Under the pieces are notes generated by a model that searched no databases, was not told where the DNA came from, and saw only the letters and a program-made list of their open reading frames with translations. Positions 36,511-46,212 of a stretch of DNA of 53,635 bases are shown one piece after another. Within the stretch, counting starts at the first letter, position 1. Every line of letters begins with the position of its first letter. The stretch spans positions 1 through 53,635 of IMG/VR virus record IMGVR_UViG_3300027917_000057; one strand, given 5' to 3'. The stretch is from a virus (taxonomy: Duplodnaviria > Caudoviricetes). Both the position numbers and the translations under genes were made by a program.

Positions 36511-38231
36511 GTCTGTGGGTGGTTGATGAGGATTGGCTCGTACGGTCCTCCCTCCTCCTTGGGCCAAGACCGCAGGTGGTACTGAAGCTTCTTGCTCATT
36601 CCGATGCACTGCCCGACGTTGTCTACCAGAGCAACGATTAGCGGGCTCTTCTTTCCTGGCATGGGTCGAGTCGGACGGCCCATGAGCTGCTGAAGACTGT
36701 TGCCACTTGAGAAAAGGGAGGACAGCACGATGGTGTCCAACTCCTGGCAGTCCAGGCCCTCTTTACCGTACTTTGTGATGGCGAAGTTCAGCATTTTGTT
36801 GTCGAGGAAGGAGTGGCGGACTTTGGGGGGCACTCCGTGGATTAGGAATCCTACGTCCGCGTTCTGCTGTAGGGCGGTCTCGATGTACTTCCTTTGCCTC
36901 CGCTCCATCTCATTCAGCAGCTTCTTGTGCACCTCGAACTGGCGGAAGGTCTGGCGAACCAGGTCGAGCTCTGCTTGGAGAAGTGCCAGGTCTGGGCTGC
37001 CTGGGTTCTTCAGCTTCTGACGCTCTATTTGCTTCTCGAGCTTTCCTTGTAGCACCCCCAGCTGGTGGACCTCTTTATCAGTCAGCTTCTTGGGGTTCAG
37101 GGTCTCCCCGATGTCTGCGATCGTGGGCTGGGGGATGTCAGTGTAGAGCGTGGGCATGCCCGCCCAGATGGCGTAGAGATTCACCACTTCCGCTACACTA
37201 TCGGAGAGGACAAGAACCCTCCTGCCGTACGCTCTGGCTTCTGCGCAGATGTCTACTATGGCCTGAAGTCGCGGTGCCCACTGGCCGAAGTAGGAGTACA
37301 CCTTCTTGAGGTGTACTTCCTGGTTTGAGTCCAGAACCTGCGCTGCTACGACGGGGTCAGCTGCGTTCACCGCCAACCCTGTCCAGAAGAAGGCGAAGGT
37401 AGGCCTGAGCATGGGTGTCAGGTCCTTGTAGAGGACCTTGCCGATGTGCGCGTCTGCAATCACGTGCATACCGTCATCACGGGTGGGGGTTGCAGTTAGC
37501 GAGTAGCGGTTTCCGTAGAACAGGTCTGCAGTCTTGGCGAACGTCGGTGCACTGACATGGTGGCCCTCATCCCAGAACACCTGACCGAACCATCTTCTTA
37601 CCTCCTCGGGCATTGTCTCCGACCAGTTCGCTACGGAGTGGTAGGTGGCGAGTACTAGTGGCTTCTGCCACTCCTTCTTTCCAGCCTCTAGGAACCCGAT
37701 GCCACCAGGGATGTCTAGAAGATCCTCGGCTTCCTTTGCCCATTGGTAGAGTAGGTTGGTGTTATCCAGCATCACCAGAGCTGGGGTTTGACCCCGTGCG
37801 ATTTTCTCTAGAGCAATGACCGTCTTTCCCCGTCCGCAGGCCAGCTGCAGGATGCCCGTTGGCTGCTGCATGAGAGCTGCTAGCGACCGGCTCTGTACGT
37901 CACGACCTGTGGGCAGAAGCTGGATCTGCCCTCCGAGCTCCTGTGGCAGATGATCTAGTCGTATCCTGCTTTTGAAGTCGACGTGGGTGTACCTCCTGGG
38001 ACGGCAATCCACCACGGGGAAGGGGAGTTCCGAAGGTGTCCAGAAAGCTCTAGGAAGAAGCATGTGGTGCTCCGCTTCTTTCCACAGGTAGATAAAGCGG
38101 GTGTGCCCTCCATACGACTGTATCTCGTACGTGAGCGCTCGTTTGGTTCCCTCCACATCGATGAAGGGTCGGGGTACCCAGAGATAGGTGTCCAGGTACC
38201 CCTTGTCCGGCTGCCGTACAATGACCCTCAT
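36459..38231 (-). CDS. Superfamily 2 DEAH helicase (UvsW/Rad25-like)
   Basis: LACGRGKT, WDEGHH, LTATPTRDDG, KEGLD and QLMGRPTR motifs. Confidence 0.9.
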   Translation of the reverse strand: MRVIVRQPDKGYLDTYLWVPRPFIDVEGTKRALTYEIQSYGGHTRFIYLWKEAEHHMLLPRAFWTPSELPFPVVDCRPRRYTHVDFKSRIRLDHLPQELGGQIQLLPTGRDVQSRSLAALMQQPTGILQLACGRGKTVIALEKIARGQTPALVMLDNTNLLYQWAKEAEDLLDIPGGIGFLEAGKKEWQKPLVLATYHSVANWSETMPEEVRRWFGQVFWDEGHHVSAPTFAKTADLFYGNRYSLTATPTRDDGMHVIADAHIGKVLYKDLTPMLRPTFAFFWTGLAVNAADPVVAAQVLDSNQEVHLKKVYSYFGQWAPRLQAIVDICAEARAYGRRVLVLSDSVAEVVNLYAIWAGMPTLYTDIPQPTIADIGETLNPKKLTDKEVHQLGVLQGKLEKQIERQKLKNPGSPDLALLQAELDLVRQTFRQFEVHKKLLNEMERRQRKYIETALQQNADVGFLIHGVPPKVRHSFLDNKMLNFAITKYGKEGLDCQELDTIVLSSLFSSGNSLQQLMGRPTRPMPGKKSPLIVALVDNVGQCIGMSKKLQYHLRSWPKEEGGPYEPILINHPQTWTNRQAPTSLTHLFSQ

Positions 38232-38237
38232 TCGTTC

Positions 38238-39080
38238 CTACTCCGACCACCAGGGAACGTGGTCCATCATGTTTGCTGCGCTCAGGAAGCCATACTTGAG
38301 CATGGACCTGCCGACACTACCTATGAACCGCTTGAAGTAGGGCAGGGTTGCAGGCTCGGGTACGGTCATCACTGCGAGTACTTGTGTCCCAGGCTGTACT
38401 ACGTTCTGAGGGACCAAGGCAGGGATCTGTGCTTGCTCTGGCGGTACCATCATCACCATCATGGGCTGCCCGTTGTAGTGTGTTTGGTACATCATGGGCT
38501 GGACCTGCCCTGGAGTTGCTGTTGCTACCTGAATAGGCTGAGTGTGCATCTGGGGGATGACCGGACCTGGCAAGGAGGGCGGCCTTACCTGAACGCTCCT
38601 TTGGGCTACCGGAACGTGCGGCTGAATGCTTGAGGGTTGTGCCAGCGTCAGCGTCTTCCTGGAACCGTCTGGCATTGGGACGGTTACGCTGGGGGTGTAG
38701 GGCACGGCAACGGGTTGCGGTTGTACCTGCGGGGGCACCTGCGGTGCCTGCGGTGCCTGCGGCAGCTGAAGAGGAACAGGCTGCCCCTGCTGGATCACGG
38801 GTAGGAATGACTGAGGGAGCCCTTGTATTTTCTGCCGGTTCATCTCGGCGGCACAGGGTTGGTACACACCACACTGGGGACGTTTGTGGCTACTGCCGTC
38901 CCAAAATGTCTTGTCGTTTCCTCCCACGCACTTGACGTTGTGCGCCTCCCATTTCTCTCCGAAGCAAGACGGCCCTTCCCAGCCGCAGGTAGAGCAGACC
39001 GTTCTGTTTCTGCCCTCTCGATCTGCACGATCCATTATCTGGGCCGCAATCTGCCCGCACTTCGGACACTGTTTAACCAT
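38238..39080 (-). CDS. Zn-ribbon protein with a Pro/Gln-rich region
   Basis: CPKC...CSTC N-terminus, RBS AGGAGG; first gene after the bipartite motif. Confidence 0.7.
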   Translation of the reverse strand: MVKQCPKCGQIAAQIMDRADREGRNRTVCSTCGWEGPSCFGEKWEAHNVKCVGGNDKTFWDGSSHKRPQCGVYQPCAAEMNRQKIQGLPQSFLPVIQQGQPVPLQLPQAPQAPQVPPQVQPQPVAVPYTPSVTVPMPDGSRKTLTLAQPSSIQPHVPVAQRSVQVRPPSLPGPVIPQMHTQPIQVATATPGQVQPMMYQTHYNGQPMMVMMVPPEQAQIPALVPQNVVQPGTQVLAVMTVPEPATLPYFKRFIGSVGRSMLKYGFLSAANMMDHVPWWSE

Positions 39081-39120
39081 GTGACCTCCTGGAGCTACGC
39101 TCCGGTTTCTCTCTCAGATC

Positions 39121-39152
39121 TCTTATGCCTGTGCAATTCCCTTTCTTGCGGC
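39121..39152 (-). promoter_or_regulatory. Bipartite promoter-like motif GCCGCAAGAA-N13-GGCATAAGA
   Basis: Both boxes and the spacer length are identical to the copy at 50467-50498; divergent intergenic region. Confidence 0.7.
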
Positions 39153-39209
39153 GCACAGGCTACTCTTGCAGGAAGAATCCCGAGCGGTTACGCTGCCCAC
39201 GAGGAGAAA

Positions 39210-39581
39210 ATGGAGAAGCTCAGCGGTCTAGTTTTGGACTACTTCGACGATCCTCGTGGCGAGGTGATCAAGCAGGTCTTCCCGACTTTCGAGGATGTAC
39301 CCGAAGTCATCAAAGAGGCCATGCCGATGTCGTCAGTAGACTTGTCGAAGCTGCCTGACGATGTCTTCGCTCTGGTTCTTCACGACGAGGACACCGTTCT
39401 TCGGAAGTACGCCTGCATCGACGAAGGCAATACCTGTCTTCACATAGAGTACTTCGTGAAGACCGCCCACAAGCTTCCGGTGGAGGCGCAGAAGACCGCC
39501 GCCCAGAACCTCCTCACGGCCTGTTCTTGGTACAACATCGACCCTCCCAGAGAGCTGACTCAGATTCTGGAGCAGGAGTGA
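39210..39581 (+). CDS. Head-module hypothetical protein
   Basis: Start moved to ATG 39210 (RBS GAGGAG); 123 aa. Confidence 0.65.
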   Translation: MEKLSGLVLDYFDDPRGEVIKQVFPTFEDVPEVIKEAMPMSSVDLSKLPDDVFALVLHDEDTVLRKYACIDEGNTCLHIEYFVKTAHKLPVEAQKTAAQNLLTACSWYNIDPPRELTQILEQE

Positions 39582-40699
39582 TGCCCGAAGTCACCCGGAA
39601 GCAACAGCTCTGGAAGACCTCCGGCGGTTGTATTACTGAGAAGGAGTCGGAGGTGGTCGGTACGTGGGACCAACCCCTGCAAGCGGCTCCTAGTAAGGTT
39701 CGACCGAACGAGAAGCCGAAACCCCTGTCCGCGATCCCCAAGGTAGGGTCTCTGCGGGAGACCTTTGGGTGGGAGGAGAAGATGGCGTCAGTGCAGCAAC
39801 CCAGTGCAGACGACGAGCTCGAGGCGATGTTCAAGGAAGCAGCCGGTAGTGACCGAGAGACCCAGGGCGTAGAGCCCGATACGAACATCAAGACCGAGCA
39901 CAAGGAGCAGCCCGCTTCTTTGCCGCAGAACAAGAAGGTGTTGGAGCCCCACGTCGACGTGAGCCGCAACAACCCTCCGAAGCTCGTCAAGGAGAAGACG
40001 GCGCAGCACTACGCCATGCCCAGCTTGTGCCGGTATCCTCTAGATGGGTTCCATCAGGTCAAGCAGGCCAGCGCCTACTTCGACGAGTTCTGGAAGGAGA
40101 TGGAGCCGGAGGACCGTCGAGAGTTTGCTCTTCATCTGGTCAAGCGCGCCAGCGTGTTGGGCATGCCTGTCAGCGACACCGCCGAGCACTACGGCGCACC
40201 TGGGTACGCTCCGCGTATCCACACCTTGACGGAGCTTGCGGCTAGAGAGGACTTGGTCAAAGAGGCGGCTCATCAGGACCTCTACTTGGCCCTCAGAGAG
40301 CAGCTGGGGGTTCTTCCACCAGACGTCTTCGCCCACACTCTGCACGAGATCGACAAGGCGGCGGGGATCGACGAGGCTTACGGCAAGGACTGCATGGACC
40401 CTTGGTACACGACGTTCGGTACCGAGAAGGTAGCTGCCGGGGCTGGAGCCGAGGGAAAGACCGTAGACCCCAAGGATGCTGTCATCATAGGTGCCGAGTA
40501 CATGAACATCTCCGATCTGGTGGAGTTTGCGCACGCGCGTGCTCCGATGGTTGAGATGCGGTTCGGCGAGGACTTCGCCAAGGAGCTGCGGGAAGATCCA
40601 GCCGGCATCTTCGACACGCTGCCGAGGGACCAGAAGATCGTACTGATGCGGATGGTCAACAACTCTCACAGCTCGACTCAGGGAGCCTCGACGTCGTGA
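39581..40699 (+). CDS. Head-module hypothetical protein rich in K-x-A motifs
   Basis: TGATG-coupled start at 39581; KMAS, KEAA, KTAQ, KQAS, KRAS, KVAA. Confidence 0.65.
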   Translation: MPEVTRKQQLWKTSGGCITEKESEVVGTWDQPLQAAPSKVRPNEKPKPLSAIPKVGSLRETFGWEEKMASVQQPSADDELEAMFKEAAGSDRETQGVEPDTNIKTEHKEQPASLPQNKKVLEPHVDVSRNNPPKLVKEKTAQHYAMPSLCRYPLDGFHQVKQASAYFDEFWKEMEPEDRREFALHLVKRASVLGMPVSDTAEHYGAPGYAPRIHTLTELAAREDLVKEAAHQDLYLALREQLGVLPPDVFAHTLHEIDKAAGIDEAYGKDCMDPWYTTFGTEKVAAGAGAEGKTVDPKDAVIIGAEYMNISDLVEFAHARAPMVEMRFGEDFAKELREDPAGIFDTLPRDQKIVLMRMVNNSHSSTQGASTS

Positions 40700-40700
40700 C

Positions 40701-41543
40701 ATGTCGGATGACGTCTTTCCCCATGACCCCGACACTCTGAAGGGGCAGAAGGAGCTCAACCAGCTCCTGAAGGGGACGGGGGTAATCCGTCCTCTGCACG
40801 AGGTGCTTTCAGAGTACCCCGAAGACAATGCCACCCAGCTCGAGGAGACAGCGGAGGTAGACGACGATCGTACCCGGGTGGACGTGGAGGCTGCTCCTCG
40901 GCTGCCCACTACCATCAACCTCTTTCAGCACCCGGACGCTCATCCCTTCGTTCTGGACCTGGCACTACTGAAGAAGTACGGGCCCGAATGGATGCAGTGG
41001 GAACCGGAGGTGCTGGAGCTCCGGATTCTGTCCGACTTCCGAACGAACAGCCTCAGTGACCTGAATGCAGATAAGCTGATGGCCATCGCTTCTGTGCACC
41101 TGAGGGACGAGTTCTGGAAGGAGTGGCAGGTCTTCACCCCCATTGCTCTCGCCCTAGCCGGCTACGCTCCTGACTTTCAGGTCATGCAGGGCATCACGGT
41201 CCCTCAAGCGTTGATCGCCGTGGACATTGTGAATCGCTTGAGGGCAGACGTCCCTTGGAGTTTGGAGATGAAGACGTACCTGAGCGTTGTTCATCTTCAC
41301 GACGGCATGTTCTGCCCCATCCCTCCATTGGACTTCGTGGAGGTCGACCACGAAGACTACGGTGTGGACTGTGCGGACATCATGTCTCGTTGGGACACGG
41401 TTCGCGCTAGCAAGGAGCCCCCACCTGCTACATCGGTGGAAAACGAACAGCTCCGGCGTATGCTAGCAGCCTGGACCTTGCTAGAAGAAAACCGCAAACA
41501 GCTGCAAGATCAGCTACCTCTTCTCTATCATGGCCGCGATTGA
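40701..41543 (+). CDS. Hypothetical protein (head module)
   Basis: 280-aa ORF in a tightly packed operon upstream of the portal. Confidence 0.65.
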   Translation: MSDDVFPHDPDTLKGQKELNQLLKGTGVIRPLHEVLSEYPEDNATQLEETAEVDDDRTRVDVEAAPRLPTTINLFQHPDAHPFVLDLALLKKYGPEWMQWEPEVLELRILSDFRTNSLSDLNADKLMAIASVHLRDEFWKEWQVFTPIALALAGYAPDFQVMQGITVPQALIAVDIVNRLRADVPWSLEMKTYLSVVHLHDGMFCPIPPLDFVEVDHEDYGVDCADIMSRWDTVRASKEPPPATSVENEQLRRMLAAWTLLEENRKQLQDQLPLLYHGRD

Positions 41544-42687
41544 CAAACAGGTCCTCCTCGCCTTCGAGAGGGAGCTCGAGAAGAACGCGTTTCTAGGGGC
41601 GGTTCTCTCCAAGGCGGCGCCGTTGACGTCCAAGCTATCCCCCGCCCTTCAATTCATTCGCAGGGGTGCAGGTAGCGCCGGTGCTGGAATGGGGCTGGGA
41701 ACTGCCACTGGTGCAGCTGGAGGAGCTGCCATTGGGGGCTACAAGGGTTACCGTGAGGCCAAGGAACAAGGGCAGAGCGGGGTAGCTGGGGCCCTGGGAG
41801 GGGCAGCGAAGGGTGCTGGCACCGGTGCGATGGTGGGGGCCGCCACAGGTTTAGCCGGGGGCATGGCCTTGGGGGGTACGGGGACGCGGCTTGGGCAGTC
41901 CCTTCAGAACCTAGGGCAGGCTAGCAACCCCCTTGGGTCCATAGCGCGCTTTGGGCAACGCCAGCTACACGGTGTCACGGGTCTGACTCCCGGTGGCGCT
42001 CAGCGGGGGACCGCCGAGTACGCCAAGGCCATGGCTGGGATGCGGATGGGGGCTCACCCAGCGGCGGCTGGCGTGCTGGAAGCCGAGATGGCTGTCGCCC
42101 GAGCCGGAACGAATCCCAAGCTCCTAGAAAAAGCCACGAAGGCTTTGGAGTCTGCAAAGTCCCAGCACGCCATCGCTCAGGAAGCCGAAGCCAAGGGGCT
42201 GACCAGCCTACCAGGAATGGTGCGATCCATGACCTCCAAGGAGGGGATCAAGGACGTCTGGCGCCTGGGTATGAAGCCGCAGCTAACGCAGCAGGGTATG
42301 ACGGGTAAGATGATGGCAGGGCTCCCAGTGGCCTTCGCTGCGCCAGAGCTCTTTAGGTCCCAGGAGCAGGACCCTGAAGGTCGGGGGCGCCTCGAGAGGT
42401 TTGGTAGTGGCGTAGGCAGCGGTGTGGGCTACGCCCTGTCCCCGTTCCTGCCTCTTGTTGGGCAGGAAGCAATGGGACGAGCTGTCGGAGGGGTAGGAAA
42501 AGGTCTGGGCAAGGGTGTGGACATGGCCATCGGCGCCCTCCGAGGGAAGAAGCCGCAACCTCCCATGACCGAGCTCGGCAACAATCCTTCGGCTCCTGGC
42601 GTCGATCCTTCAGGGATGAATGAAGCTGTGCCTAGAATCTACTCCAATGCAGCGCAGGGCAAGCCGCCGGAAGGCATGATGATATGA
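41530..42687 (+). CDS. Gly/Ala-rich putative internal virion (ejection-type) protein
   Basis: 385 aa; glycine-zipper-like GAAGGAAIGG segments; N-terminal AFERELEKNA leader. Confidence 0.5.
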   Translation: MAAIDKQVLLAFERELEKNAFLGAVLSKAAPLTSKLSPALQFIRRGAGSAGAGMGLGTATGAAGGAAIGGYKGYREAKEQGQSGVAGALGGAAKGAGTGAMVGAATGLAGGMALGGTGTRLGQSLQNLGQASNPLGSIARFGQRQLHGVTGLTPGGAQRGTAEYAKAMAGMRMGAHPAAAGVLEAEMAVARAGTNPKLLEKATKALESAKSQHAIAQEAEAKGLTSLPGMVRSMTSKEGIKDVWRLGMKPQLTQQGMTGKMMAGLPVAFAAPELFRSQEQDPEGRGRLERFGSGVGSGVGYALSPFLPLVGQEAMGRAVGGVGKGLGKGVDMAIGALRGKKPQPPMTELGNNPSAPGVDPSGMNEAVPRIYSNAAQGKPPEGMMI

Positions 42688-44741
42688 GCTTCACGGGTGG
42701 GAACTTCGCCTTCGGAGCAGGTGGTGCCTCCAGGTTTCATACTGGGTTTACCAGAGGGCGCATCGGGGGTGCCGCCCACGTTCAGGGTGTCAACTACCCG
42801 AGCCCCTTCTTCGACATCGCGCACACCTACCTGCCGACGACTGTCAAGCAGCTGTTCCAGTTCTGCCGTTACTACTATCTGACGAATCCGCTGATCAACG
42901 CCATCGTCCAGAAGCTGTCCGAGTACCCAGTCACGGACATCATCATCGACCACGAGGACCCAAAGGTCGTGGAGAAGTGGAAGGAGTACTTCTACGACAC
43001 GGCCAGAATCAGGCCGTTCCTGGTGGAGTGTGGCCTCGACTACAACTGCTATGGCAACGCGGCAGTAACCCTGAGCTTCCCCTTTCAGAAGTACCTCAAG
43101 TGCGACTACTGCGGATTCAACGAGCAGGCCAGAAAGATACGAAACAACTGGACATACACGAGCAACGAGTTCCGGTTGTCCTGCCCCCGTTGTGGGCACA
43201 CTGGCGCGGCTACTCCAAAGGACTGGTACTACAAGGACGCGTCTGGCATTCGACCCGTTCGCTACAACGTCGAAGACATCGAGGTTGAGTACAACCAGAT
43301 CACCGGCGGCTACACCTACTTCTTCACCATCCCGGCACCCATGCGGGCGGATATCACCCTCGGGAAGAAGGATGTCGTCGAGCAGATGCCGCAGATCTTC
43401 CTGCAGGCAATCCGGCAGCAGAAAGGCGTCATCTTCAGCAAGTCCAACTTCTTCCATCTGAAGAGGGCGACCATTGCTTGGCAGGACAGAGGGTGGGGAA
43501 TCCCATTGATCCTCCCGGTTCTCAAGGACGCGTTCTATCTGCAGGTCATGAAGAAGGCCCAAGAGGCAATTCTCGTAGAGCACATCGTTCCTCTACGCGT
43601 CTTGTTTCCGCAAGCAGCGTCTGGAACCAGTGACCCCTTCACGACCATCAACCTAACGGAGTGGAGAGACCAGGTCGCTGCCGAGATCGCTCGATGGCGT
43701 TTCGACAACAACTACATCCCCATCATGCCGTTGCCTCTGGGGAATCAGAGCATCGGTGGGGATGGCAAGGCCCTTCTACTTCAAGGAGAGATGCAGCAGC
43801 TCGGTGAGCACATCATCATGGGCATGGGCGTCCCTAGAGAGTTCCTGCAGGGTGGCCTGAGCTACGCCGGCACTAACGTGTCCATGCGAATGCTGGAGAA
43901 CGCGTTCATCAGCTACATCAGCCGTCAGCGACAGATGGCTGTATGGATCATGAAGATGGTCGCGCACTTCATGGGGTGGCCTGAGGTGGGTATCCGCTTC
44001 AAGCCCTTCAAGATGGCGGACGACCTTCAGCGAAAGAGCTACCTCTTCCAGCTCAACCAAGCGCAGAAGATCAGCGACACGACCCTTCTGGCGGATGCGG
44101 ACTTGGACATCAAGGAAGAGAACGAGATCATGGTGCGGGAGAGCGCGGAGCGCATCCACGCGACCAAGAAGCAGCAGATCGCGATGGCCGAGATTCAGGG
44201 AGAGTCTCAGGTCATCATGATGAAGTACCAACAGAAGGCGCAGCAGGCCATGATGGCCGCGCAGGCTGGACCGCAGGCGCCAGGAGAGCCGGGGGGTCCA
44301 GAGGGTCAGATGGGCGTAGGACAGGCCCAAGCACAGGCCCAAGAGGGGGAGCAGGCAGCAGCCCAGGCAGGAGGGCAAGGAGGGCAGCCTCCGGCGCCAC
44401 CTGCTGGCCCGCCTCCAGCGTCTCTGCCTCCCGAGCCCGGGGCTTCTCAGACCGTACCTCAAGAGGCGCAGTCACTACTAGGAAACGACCAGCAGTCTGG
44501 CGTGGACATCGTTCAGATGGCTGAGATGTATGCGACCCAGATCTCCCAGATGCAACCGCCGGAGCAGCAGGCGGCTCTGGCAGCGCTCGAGGCGCAGAGT
44601 CCAGAGCTGGCGCAACTGGTTCAGCAGTTCATGGGGCTTATGCAGGGAGGGCAGGCAGGGCAGGGGTTGGTCGATACCGGAGTAGATCAGCGCCCCCTCC
44701 CTGAGCAGCTGCCCGCCCGTAGGCAGTCGCAGTTGGTGTAG
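42684..44741 (+). CDS. Putative portal protein with a zinc-ribbon insertion and a Q/P-rich tail
   Basis: YYYLTNPLINAIVQKLSEYP, DYNCYGNA, FHLKR...RGWGIPLI and IIMGMGVPREFL follow the portal-family layout. Confidence 0.7.
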   Translation: MSFTGGNFAFGAGGASRFHTGFTRGRIGGAAHVQGVNYPSPFFDIAHTYLPTTVKQLFQFCRYYYLTNPLINAIVQKLSEYPVTDIIIDHEDPKVVEKWKEYFYDTARIRPFLVECGLDYNCYGNAAVTLSFPFQKYLKCDYCGFNEQARKIRNNWTYTSNEFRLSCPRCGHTGAATPKDWYYKDASGIRPVRYNVEDIEVEYNQITGGYTYFFTIPAPMRADITLGKKDVVEQMPQIFLQAIRQQKGVIFSKSNFFHLKRATIAWQDRGWGIPLILPVLKDAFYLQVMKKAQEAILVEHIVPLRVLFPQAASGTSDPFTTINLTEWRDQVAAEIARWRFDNNYIPIMPLPLGNQSIGGDGKALLLQGEMQQLGEHIIMGMGVPREFLQGGLSYAGTNVSMRMLENAFISYISRQRQMAVWIMKMVAHFMGWPEVGIRFKPFKMADDLQRKSYLFQLNQAQKISDTTLLADADLDIKEENEIMVRESAERIHATKKQQIAMAEIQGESQVIMMKYQQKAQQAMMAAQAGPQAPGEPGGPEGQMGVGQAQAQAQEGEQAAAQAGGQGGQPPAPPAGPPPASLPPEPGASQTVPQEAQSLLGNDQQSGVDIVQMAEMYATQISQMQPPEQQAALAALEAQSPELAQLVQQFMGLMQGGQAGQGLVDTGVDQRPLPEQLPARRQSQLV

Positions 44742-44743
44742 TC

Positions 44744-46210
44744 ATGCTCTGGGAGGCGTTTGCTGACGAGCTCATCAAGATCTCGGCAGTCAAGACCGAG
44801 TTGAAGCCCCATCAGCAACGGGTTGTTGATAGGGTCCAAAGAGAGGATCAACCAGGGCTAGTAGTTGCGCACGGGCTAGGCTCTGGAAAGACCCTCACGG
44901 CTATCGCTGCGCAGGATGTTCTTGGGATGCCGGCAACGGTAGTAGTTCCTGCGGCTCTACAGGCGAATTACCTAAAGGAGCTCGATAAGCATCTAGAAGG
45001 AACCTCTCCTGAGGCAGCGTTGACCACCCTACAGCGCGTTTCCAAGGCGGGCCGTTTGGGGGCGTCTAACCCTCTTCTGGTTGTAGACGAGGCTCACCGA
45101 GCTCGAGAGGTCAACACCAAGACATACCAGGCGCTCAAGAACAGCATTCCTGGTACAGAAAAGCGTCTTCTGCTGACAGCCAGCCCCTTTTACAATCGAC
45201 CGAGTGACATTGCACCCCTCGTTAACCTAGCCGCCGGAGAGAAGGTACTTCCAGCCGACCCCACAGAGTTTAAGAGCAGGTACATCAGAGAACGTAAGGT
45301 CCAGCCTGGGTTCATCGCGCGTGTTCGCGGAGTAAAACCTGGGGTTGTGGAAGAGGTCGACCCCTTTCGCGCTCCCGAGCTTCGTACGGTCTTCCGCAAG
45401 TGGGTGGACTACCATCCAAGCTCTACAGAAGGATTTCCGTCGGTACAGCGCAAGACTGTAGAAGTCCCGATGACGCAATCTCAGCTGAGGGCCTATGACG
45501 CCATGATGGGCACCGCTCCGTACTGGGTGGCGGCCAAGGTCAAAGCGGGGCTTCCTCCGGACAAGAAGGAGGCGCAGCAGCTCAATGCTTTCGTAAATGC
45601 GGTGAGGCAGATATCGAATACGACTCGAGCCTTTGCTCCCAATAAGGCGCCAGAGGAGCCAAAGATCGATGCGGCGTACAAGCGTTTGCAGAGTACCCTA
45701 ACTTCGACGCCGACAGCGCGTGCAGTCGTGTACTCCAACTATCTGAAGAGCGGCATCGAGCCCTACAAGGAGCGGTTGGATAGGGCAGGCATCCCCTACG
45801 GCGAGTTTACCGGAGAGATGAAGAGGCGAGAGCGGGAGCAGCTTGTACGCGACTACAATGATGGAAAAAAGAAGGTTCTTCTGCTGAGCTCCGCGGGCGG
45901 GGAGGGGCTTGATCTAAAGGGAACCAGGCTGATTCAGATTCTAGAGCCGCACTGGAATGCAGAGAAGCTTAAACAGGTGGAGGGCCGCGGCATCCGCTTT
46001 GGGAGCCATGCTCACCTCCCAGAAGAGCAGAGGAATGTAGTGGTTGAGAACTACCTTGCGACGCGTCCTGAGAGGAAGGGCATGGCAAGGGTATTGATGG
46101 GGCGCAGTACGGGCGGTAGTGTGGACCAGTACCTCACTGGGATGAGCGACCGCAAAGAGGGCTTGGTCCAACAGATGAAGTTGCTGCTGCCTACTGAAAC
46201 GGCAGGCTAA
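44744..46210 (+). CDS. SNF2-like SF2 helicase/ATPase
   Basis: HGLGSGKT, VVDEAH, LLLTASP, AGGEGLDLKG, EPHWN, QVEGRGIR. Confidence 0.9.
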   Translation: MLWEAFADELIKISAVKTELKPHQQRVVDRVQREDQPGLVVAHGLGSGKTLTAIAAQDVLGMPATVVVPAALQANYLKELDKHLEGTSPEAALTTLQRVSKAGRLGASNPLLVVDEAHRAREVNTKTYQALKNSIPGTEKRLLLTASPFYNRPSDIAPLVNLAAGEKVLPADPTEFKSRYIRERKVQPGFIARVRGVKPGVVEEVDPFRAPELRTVFRKWVDYHPSSTEGFPSVQRKTVEVPMTQSQLRAYDAMMGTAPYWVAAKVKAGLPPDKKEAQQLNAFVNAVRQISNTTRAFAPNKAPEEPKIDAAYKRLQSTLTSTPTARAVVYSNYLKSGIEPYKERLDRAGIPYGEFTGEMKRREREQLVRDYNDGKKKVLLLSSAGGEGLDLKGTRLIQILEPHWNAEKLKQVEGRGIRFGSHAHLPEEQRNVVVENYLATRPERKGMARVLMGRSTGGSVDQYLTGMSDRKEGLVQQMKLLLPTETAG

Positions 46211-46212
46211 GA

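Noticed and set aside
38823-39209. N-terminal extension of the 38823-39581 ORF
   Set aside because: Overlaps a minus-strand gene and the promoter motif; a good RBS precedes ATG 39210.
40040-44462. Minus-strand ORFs 40040-40918, 42639-43583 and 43776-44462
   Set aside because: Antisense shadows of the head-module genes, with no recognisable motifs.
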